From NCBI GenBank assembly GCA_977020255.1, contig CDROCS010005705.1, positions 1 to 64,000 on the forward strand: 64,000 nucleotides of DNA, written 5' to 3'. Below the pieces are notes generated by a model. That model saw only the letters and a list, made by a program, of their open reading frames with translations, had not been told where the DNA came from and made no database searches. The DNA is from Obrimoposthia wandeli (taxonomy: Eukaryota). The translations under genes were made by a program, and so were the position numbers. Positions 57,349 through 64,000 of this stretch are shown one piece after another; the first letter of the stretch is position 1; each line of letters opens with the position of its first letter.

Positions 57349-57490
57349 AATATTTTCCTATCGTTAAGTTCTTTTATAAAGGTTATATAAATGTCTGCGT
57401 ATTCACTGGGCAGCCAATGAGTGATACTTTAATGTATAATTGCAGGATAAAGGCATCGATACGTCCAGTAAGTGAAACCGAAAGTCCAGA

Positions 57491-58342
57491 ATGTATAAAG
57501 AGCGCAAAATTGTGGATAAATTTAAAGCAATAACGAATAGTTTTTCAATTGATACGGAAGTGATTTTTAGTGGTAGTTTTTGTGGCGATAAAGCTCTAGG
57601 GGGCAAAGCAGAAGGCAATTGTGGTCATTTGCACTTTCTAAAGTCAGGGAAATTGACTGTCCTCAGCCGTGACGGGAATAAATGGGTGTTTGATAAACCA
57701 ACGGTAATCGTCTTGCCAAAATCAACCGAGCATCAAATAATATCAAGCGAGACGCAAGATGCAGAAGTACTTTGCGCCACGATTAAATTTAATACCGTAG
57801 AACAGCAGCAATTAATAGCCAACTTGCCTAAACTGATTAGTATCAGTCTTGATGAAGGGCCGATGCAAGATACAATTAATTGGATGTTCAATGCCATTAA
57901 CGATACGGGCTTAGGGCATAAAAGCATCGTTGATAAACTCTGCGATATACTGCTGATTCAAATGTTTAGGCAGCTAGCTGAGCAAGGTACGATAATGCAA
58001 GGGATGTTGGCTGGCTTGAGCCACCCGGCGCTTGCGAAGACAATTGTGAGTTTGCAAGAATCACCTGCACAAAGCTGGACATTAGATAGTATGGCCAGCC
58101 ATGCAGCGATGTCGCGCTCTAAATTCGCTGAACTATTTCGTGAAACGGTTGGGCAAACTCCCAATGATTTTCTCACAGATTTACGCGTATCAATTGCTCA
58201 ACAACTATTAAAGCAAGATAAGTCAGTGGCGATAGTGGCTAATAAGGTTGGGTATGAGCATGGTTCTGCATTGGCGCGGGTGTTTCGCAAAAAAACGGGA
58301 CTGTCTCCTAAGGAGTGGCTACAGAAATTACATATGAGCTAG
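57491..58342 (+). CDS. AraC-family regulator with cupin_6-like domain (RclR-like)
   Basis: N-terminal GSFCG, HLHF and VLCAT; C-terminal HTH MSRSKFAELFRETVGQTP..VGYEHGSALARVF. Confidence 0.85.
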   Translation: MYKERKIVDKFKAITNSFSIDTEVIFSGSFCGDKALGGKAEGNCGHLHFLKSGKLTVLSRDGNKWVFDKPTVIVLPKSTEHQIISSETQDAEVLCATIKFNTVEQQQLIANLPKLISISLDEGPMQDTINWMFNAINDTGLGHKSIVDKLCDILLIQMFRQLAEQGTIMQGMLAGLSHPALAKTIVSLQESPAQSWTLDSMASHAAMSRSKFAELFRETVGQTPNDFLTDLRVSIAQQLLKQDKSVAIVANKVGYEHGSALARVFRKKTGLSPKEWLQKLHMS

Positions 58343-58992
58343 CGAAAGCTCATTTGTGGCCAATTTCTTTCGATAGCTAACTGAGTTAGTTTTTGATCGG
58401 CATCAACGATAACCGGATGGGTGACATATTCTAATAGTGGTAAGTCGTTATAAGAATCACTGTAAAAATAGCTTTTAGTTAAATCTTGCGGAAAATCTAT
58501 TAACCACTGTTCCAGTTTAGATATTTTTCCCGCTTGAAAGCAAGGCGTTCCTATATAGTTTCCAGTGTATTCACCCGCTACTGTTTCCAAAGTCGTCGCG
58601 ATGATATGGTCAACTTGTAGTAAATCTGCAATCGGCTCTGTTATAAAGTTGTTAGAGGCAGTGACTATTAAGGTGAAATCCCCCAAAACTTTGTGTTTAG
58701 CTATTTGAGCTTGTGCCTTACTTTGCATCATCGGTAAAATTTTATCTTGTATAAACTGTTCTCGCCACTTTAATAGTTGCAACATGCTGTTATCTTTTAA
58801 AGGCTTAAGTGCAAATTCCAGAAATTCGTCTATATTTAACACCCCTGCAACATACTGGCGATAAAAATGTTGGCTATTTTCAAGATACACTCGGGTATCA
58901 ACAATATTTTTTTCACACAGTAGCTGCGCCCAAGCTTGATTGCTATCACCGTTTATTAAAGTGTGGTCTAAATCAAAAATTGCCAGTGCCAT
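58339..58992 (-). CDS. HAD-IB hydrolase (syntenic with the Pseudomonas histidinol-phosphatase-type HAD next to rppH)
   Basis: FDLDHTL, VTASN, FYSDSYNDLPLL. Confidence 0.88.
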   Translation of the reverse strand: MALAIFDLDHTLINGDSNQAWAQLLCEKNIVDTRVYLENSQHFYRQYVAGVLNIDEFLEFALKPLKDNSMLQLLKWREQFIQDKILPMMQSKAQAQIAKHKVLGDFTLIVTASNNFITEPIADLLQVDHIIATTLETVAGEYTGNYIGTPCFQAGKISKLEQWLIDFPQDLTKSYFYSDSYNDLPLLEYVTHPVIVDADQKLTQLAIERNWPQMSFR

Positions 58993-59175
58993 TTGTTATT
59001 TCCTATATATAATCCTGAAATCTAAAGATACAATCCTGCCTGAAACTATATTCTATATGTATTTTAGTCACAAAATAGATAAAAATAACAATGAATTCAA
59101 ACTGATGTTCTGTTAGCTATTTGCACAAGGGCGGATGTGTGGAACAATAGATGAAAGATTTTTAGGAATTGTACA

Positions 59176-59664
59176 GTGATAGATTCAGACGGGTTCAGAC
59201 CAAATGTCGGTATCATTTTGGCAAACTCGCAAGGGCAAGTGCTTTGGGCGCGCCGTATAGGCCAAACATCGTGGCAGTTCCCTCAAGGAGGGATTAACGA
59301 TGGTGAAACCCCAGAGCAAGCAATGTTCAGAGAGGTGGAAGAGGAAATAGGTTTAACGGCAAATGATATAGAAATCGTTGCTGTTACTAGAGGGTGGCTG
59401 CGTTATAGATTACCTAAACGTATGATCCGCCACAATTCTTTGCCAGTTTGCATAGGTCAAAAACAAAAATGGTATTTGCTTAAGATTAAAAGTAGCGATG
59501 ATTGTATTGATATTAATGCCACAAATGTACCTGAGTTTGATGGTTGGCGTTGGGTGAGTTATTGGTATCCACTAGGTCAAGTGATTTCATTTAAGAGAGA
59601 GGTGTATCGCAAGGCGATGAAAGAATTATCGCCAAAGTTATCACGATTAGCGAATGTAGATTAA
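59176..59664 (+). CDS. rppH: RNA pyrophosphohydrolase
   Basis: [39 protein letters not shown]. Confidence 0.97.
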   Translation: MIDSDGFRPNVGIILANSQGQVLWARRIGQTSWQFPQGGINDGETPEQAMFREVEEEIGLTANDIEIVAVTRGWLRYRLPKRMIRHNSLPVCIGQKQKWYLLKIKSSDDCIDINATNVPEFDGWRWVSYWYPLGQVISFKREVYRKAMKELSPKLSRLANVD

Positions 59665-59942
59665 TAATAAATATAGGGCTCTTTTGGGTAGATGAGATTT
59701 TGATCTTTTTTATCAATCGCTATACACAGTATGATGGTGGTCAAACAGAGTTTTGCCGATAATTCTAGATTCGAAATTGAGCGCCAAAAAGTGCAAGATA
59801 TTGGCAAAAATAGTAAATCAAAATTTTTAAAGTCGCCATTACGGCGGCGAAGATGTTTTTTGGTTTCTTGATGCATCGAGAGCTTGTGTGTATTTTCGTG
59901 TTTCAGTTGCTGAATTTAGGATAACACTTATAGGGAGTAACA

Positions 59943-62204
59943 ATGCTTAAATTACTGCGCAAAATAGTCACTGAGGTTAGCGCTGAATCCGATTTGGAAA
60001 CGGTGTTGAATCTCATCGTGTGCAGAATTCAAGAAGGCATGGGAACTGAAGTTTGTTCTATTTATCTTAAAGATACGAGTAATAACCGCTTAATATTACA
60101 GGCGACTCAAGGGTTACATCAAAAAGCTATTGGCAGCAGCTTGGCGCTACATGAAGGCGTTGTGGGATTAGTCGCAACACGTGCGGAGCCTGTTAATACA
60201 GACCTTGTGGAAAACCATCCATCTTTTTGTTTTATTCCTGAGACGGGTGAAGAACGTTATCATTCTTTTTTAGGCGTGCCTATTATTTACCAGCGCGACG
60301 TATTAGGCGTATTGGTTATCCAGCAGTTTGATCATCGCCGCTATAAAGAAGTTGAAGAATCATTTTTAGTGACTGTGTCTGCACAATTAGCAGGGCTGAT
60401 TATACAGGCAGAAGCGCGAACAGTTGTTGCCACTCCCCAGTTACAAAAAAAATCTCAAGTAGATCGCTGTTTTATAGGCGTATCGGGCTCACCTGGTATC
60501 GCTATTGGCAAAATGCTGATTGTCACTCAAAGTGCCCAATTAGATGCAGTTGCTGAACGCGAAATCCAGGACATAGTCGCTGAAGTAAAATTATTTGAAG
60601 CGTCGCTTAATTTTGTGCGCAGCGATATACGCTTAGCGAGTGAGCGCCTAGCAGAGAAGCTCGGTGAGCAAGAGCGAGCGCTCTTTGATGTCTATTTACG
60701 CATGCTTGATGATAACTCGCTTGCCGGTGAAATTATTAAGCGTATAGAAGGTGGTAGCTGCGCTCAATGGGCGCTGAGTTCCGTAATCATAGAACACACA
60801 CGCCAGTTTGATCGAATGGATGATCCTTACCTTAAAGAGCGCGCGTCAGATATTCGCGATTTAGGGCGTAGAATACTAACTTATTTACAAGAAGAGGATG
60901 GGCCTCAGTCTATTGAGCTAGACGAGGGGAGTATTTTGGTTGCAGAGGAGCTTTCACCTGCAATGCTCGGTGAAATAGCAACAGATAAGTTATCAGGTTT
61001 GATTTCAGTTAAAGGTTCAGGCAACTCCCACGCTGCTATTTTAGCCCGCTCAATGGGTATTCCAACTATTATGGGTGCATTAGATCTGCCCTATAAAAAG
61101 CTCAGTGGACGCTCTGTAGTACTCGATGGTCACTCTGGCCGATTATATTTAAATCCATCGGCTGAATTATTACAAATTTATCAAAAACAGCTTAAAGCAG
61201 AAAAAGTCCAAGAGCGGGAATTAGATAGCTTGAAGCTGCTTCCCGCTTGTACTATTGATGGTAAAACAATGCCATTATGGGTGAATACCGGCATGATTGC
61301 GGATGTGCAGCGCGCTTTAGATAAAGGGGCAGAAGGCATCGGTTTATATCGAACTGAAATTCCCTTTATGATTCGCAATGTATTTCCATCTGAACAAGAA
61401 CAAACAGAAATATACACAAGGCAGCTAGAAGCGTTTGCACCGCGACCTGTCACGATGCGAACTTTAGATATTGGTGGTGATAAATCATTAAGCTACTTTC
61501 CTATAGAAGAAGAAAACCCATTTTTGGGCTGGCGTGGTGTACGAGTCACTTTAGATCACCCTGAAATTTTCTTAGTGCAAATTAGAGCGATGCTCAAAGC
61601 GAACGAAAATTTTGGTAATTTGAGAATCATGTTGCCGATGGTGACAAGTATCAATGAAGTAGTTGATTCAATCGCGTTAATTGATCAAGCTATTTTAGAG
61701 TTGAAAGAAGAAGGTATCAGGGTGGAGCGCCCACCCATTGGTGTGATGATAGAAGTGCCTGCAGCATTGTATTTAACCCGCGTGTTTGCAAACCATGTTG
61801 ATTTTATTTCAGTAGGCTCCAATGATTTAACGCAATATTTATTGGCGGTTGATCGTAACAACCCGCGAGTGGCTCCCCTTTATAGCAGCTATCATCCAGC
61901 GGTTTTGAAAGCTCTAAAATTTATTGTTATCGAAGCGCATAAAGAAAACGTACCAGTTTCTATATGTGGAGAAATTGCAGCAGACCCTGCGGGTGCTCTA
62001 TTGTTGATGGCAATGGGCTATGATTTTTTGTCGATGAATGCTAATAACTTGCCCAAAATAAAATCAGTGATTCGCCAAAGTCAATTTGCTGAAGTCATGG
62101 AAATGCTCAAAAGTGTGATGCGTTTGAACGATTCAGAACAGATAAAGCAGCAAATCCAAGATTCTCTAAGCGCAATGGGGTTGTTAGAGCCTAACAGTAA
62201 ATAA
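59943..62204 (+). CDS. ptsP: PTS enzyme I-Ntr with GAF domain
   Basis: N-terminal GAF domain, GSGNSHAAILAR (phospho-His), GIGLYRTE, RTLDIGGDK, GSNDLTQY. Confidence 0.97.
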   Translation: MLKLLRKIVTEVSAESDLETVLNLIVCRIQEGMGTEVCSIYLKDTSNNRLILQATQGLHQKAIGSSLALHEGVVGLVATRAEPVNTDLVENHPSFCFIPETGEERYHSFLGVPIIYQRDVLGVLVIQQFDHRRYKEVEESFLVTVSAQLAGLIIQAEARTVVATPQLQKKSQVDRCFIGVSGSPGIAIGKMLIVTQSAQLDAVAEREIQDIVAEVKLFEASLNFVRSDIRLASERLAEKLGEQERALFDVYLRMLDDNSLAGEIIKRIEGGSCAQWALSSVIIEHTRQFDRMDDPYLKERASDIRDLGRRILTYLQEEDGPQSIELDEGSILVAEELSPAMLGEIATDKLSGLISVKGSGNSHAAILARSMGIPTIMGALDLPYKKLSGRSVVLDGHSGRLYLNPSAELLQIYQKQLKAEKVQERELDSLKLLPACTIDGKTMPLWVNTGMIADVQRALDKGAEGIGLYRTEIPFMIRNVFPSEQEQTEIYTRQLEAFAPRPVTMRTLDIGGDKSLSYFPIEEENPFLGWRGVRVTLDHPEIFLVQIRAMLKANENFGNLRIMLPMVTSINEVVDSIALIDQAILELKEEGIRVERPPIGVMIEVPAALYLTRVFANHVDFISVGSNDLTQYLLAVDRNNPRVAPLYSSYHPAVLKALKFIVIEAHKENVPVSICGEIAADPAGALLLMAMGYDFLSMNANNLPKIKSVIRQSQFAEVMEMLKSVMRLNDSEQIKQQIQDSLSAMGLLEPNSK

Positions 62205-62273
62205 TTGTCTGCAGTGTGTAATAAACAGCGGATTAATTGGTGATAACTCTAATGCCTGTTTGTTAGGGGTGTT

Positions 62274-63077
62274 TTACCTGTTAGCATCACAGCCAAAAAC
62301 AGGTAGCTGCATTTCGAAATCTAGCTTTTTCAGCTTTCCCTGCTGGTTAAAGCTGGTTTCACTGATAAGTGTTTTCCCATGTTTGTCTTGTAAAATAATA
62401 GTTTTTGCACGTGTTCCGTAATTTTCAAGATTTATAAACTGCGAAGAAAGTGCTTGTTCGAATTCTTTTGCAATACCGGTATCCGGTAGTAGGTCTAAGT
62501 TAAAGGGGCGTGGATCATTCAACAAAGACTGCAAACTATCCATCGAGATATCATCTTTGAGCAGTAGTTGTGCAAGTTGCTGTTTGGCGCTTAACAGCTT
62601 TGGCCATGGAGTATCTAAAGAAGCGTTACAAAGCCCATATAAGCCTGCTGTTAAAGCACGACCGTAACAATCTTCATGCATAGGGTCTTGGTTACTGCTG
62701 AAATATAAACCACTACTATCAGCCGCTAATAAATTATATAAACCGTATTCACTCACACTCTTTTGCGCGCGGTGCAAATAAGGGCCTGCATTTGTGCTGC
62801 TCAACAAAAAATCGGTGATCAGCTGGCCTCTTGATAGCGGTTGGGGTTGTGTTTTTTTAGTGACACGTCGAAAGTTGGTCACTGCGCTAAATCGGCCAGA
62901 GCGATGTAATCCAAGCCAAGTGCCCTGTAGCTTTAAATCTTGTCCCGCTAATATATCAGTATCATTCGGCCAGTAGTGCATGGCTTCGCTTGGACGTTCG
63001 AAAAACTCATCTCTATTGGCAACTAAAATGAAAGGGTATCGATCGTGTTGTCGATAGGAAAAGGTTATTAGGCACAT
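62274..63077 (-). CDS. NRDE/TANGO2-family protein
   Basis: MCLI, ANRDEFFERP, GTWLG, SRG, YGTR. Confidence 0.93.
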   Translation of the reverse strand: MCLITFSYRQHDRYPFILVANRDEFFERPSEAMHYWPNDTDILAGQDLKLQGTWLGLHRSGRFSAVTNFRRVTKKTQPQPLSRGQLITDFLLSSTNAGPYLHRAQKSVSEYGLYNLLAADSSGLYFSSNQDPMHEDCYGRALTAGLYGLCNASLDTPWPKLLSAKQQLAQLLLKDDISMDSLQSLLNDPRPFNLDLLPDTGIAKEFEQALSSQFINLENYGTRAKTIILQDKHGKTLISETSFNQQGKLKKLDFEMQLPVFGCDANR

Positions 63078-63105
63078 GTTGTAAACTCATAAACATAAAT
63101 TGAAC

Positions 63106-63252
63106 TTTAATAGCGATGAATTAGGCGTAGCCTAAATCATCAAGGGTAAATTCCCCGCCTCTTGAGGCGTGAACTTATTAGCACCAAAAGTCACTAGAAA
63201 TACCCCGCTTCACGAAGTGAAGTCGAGTGTAGCGAGAGGGCCTGTCCTGGGG
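63106..63252. repeat. REP-like hairpin element (copy 2) with additional CCCCGC-initiated hairpins
   Basis: 63106-63153 matches 32454-32502, then CCCCGCCTCTTGAGGCG and TACCCCGCTTCACGAAGTGAAG follow. Confidence 0.75.
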
Positions 63253-63480
63253 ATCTTTATTTTTATCAAGGTAGATAAGCTGTCATGCAAAATATATTTA
63301 GCGCTAAACAATTAGATTAATAGCGATTACTTTGCTGTAATATGATGCCAGAAAATTCACTTGCTTGTTGCTGTTGTGATGCAGATTAGAAAATAAAACA
63401 GCGAATGAACGCAAGTTATATTTGAGATTTCAATTATGATGGAATAACAGTGTTTCATTTTTTAAAAGGATTATTTGTAT

Positions 63481-64000
63481 ATGTGGGTTCATGACATTAA
63501 CCCTGTCGCGTTAGATTTAGGCTTTATTCAAGTGCATTGGTATGGATTGATGTACCTGATAGGTTTTGCTGCTGCTCTGTTGTTAGGCAATTATAGAGCA
63601 GATAAAGCTAATTCTGGTTGGAATCGTGAGCAGGTCTCAGATTTTATTTTTTGGGGTGCTGTGGGTGTGGTGCTTGGAGGGCGCTTTGGTTATGTGCTCT
63701 TTTATAATTTTGATCGCTTTTTAGATTCTCCCTTATGGCTGTTTAAAGTTTGGGAGGGTGGAATGTCTTTTCATGGTGGGTTACTAGGTGTCATCGTAGC
63801 GCTGTGGTTCTTCGGAAAAAACACTAAAAAAACACTCGCTCAAATGGCTGATTTTGTTGCTCCTTTAGTGGCAATTGGGCTGGGAGCAGGGCGTATAGGT
63901 AATTTCATTGGTGGCGAATTATGGGGGCGTCCTACGGATGTTTCTTGGGCGGTAATCTTTCCTAAGATAGATGAATTACCACGTCATCCATCACAGTTGT
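63481..64000 (+). CDS. lgt: Prolipoprotein diacylglyceryl transferase (partial, runs off the window; absent from the ORF track)
   Basis: [60 protein letters not shown]. Confidence 0.96.
   Translation, partial: MWVHDINPVALDLGFIQVHWYGLMYLIGFAAALLLGNYRADKANSGWNREQVSDFIFWGAVGVVLGGRFGYVLFYNFDRFLDSPLWLFKVWEGGMSFHGGLLGVIVALWFFGKNTKKTLAQMADFVAPLVAIGLGAGRIGNFIGGELWGRPTDVSWAVIFPKIDELPRHPSQL

Noticed and set aside
13764-58340. tRNA-Phe-anchored genomic island
   Set aside because: There is no integrase next to the tRNA, I noticed no duplicate of the tRNA 3' end, and there are no mobility genes. It is treated as an accessory region only.
481-62976. Numerous short ORFs in the track lying antisense or out of frame within real genes (e.g. 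1371-1879, 11339-11881, 24010-24372, 42563-43033, 55403-56044)
   Set aside because: They are shadow ORFs overlapping well-supported genes, with no recognisable motifs or RBS.
1-64000. CRISPR arrays, cas genes, rRNA, intact IS transposases or defence systems
   Set aside because: I saw no regularly spaced repeat-spacer arrays and no corresponding protein motifs.

Overview
Chromosomal window of an AT-rich, probably marine gammaproteobacterium. The gene orders yicC-rph-crc-pyrE and HAD-rppH-ptsP-NRDE-lgt resemble Pseudomonadales/Oceanospirillales (inference from synteny). The left edge is the junction of a decayed yicC-targeting genomic island: a frameshifted P4-type integrase with repeated putative arm sites. 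Next come rph, crc and pyrE, a reduced MSHA-type pilus operon lacking the mshK-L-M-N block, mshF and mshQ, and tRNA-Phe. An accessory stretch of about 44 kb follows. It holds an EAL phosphodiesterase, redox/hydrolase genes, a PDO-DUF442-SQR-SulP sulfide-oxidation cluster, a GcvT-family flavoenzyme beside a Roseobacter-like TauABC, an HpsN/HisD-like dehydrogenase paired with a DegT-type PLP enzyme, TctCBA, a CitAB-like two-component system and many regulators. Core genes resume at about 58.3 kb. Intergenic regions contain several MITE/REP-like repeats and a candidate sigmaE-dependent sRNA. All product calls come from motif and family recognition by eye; no database searches were run.
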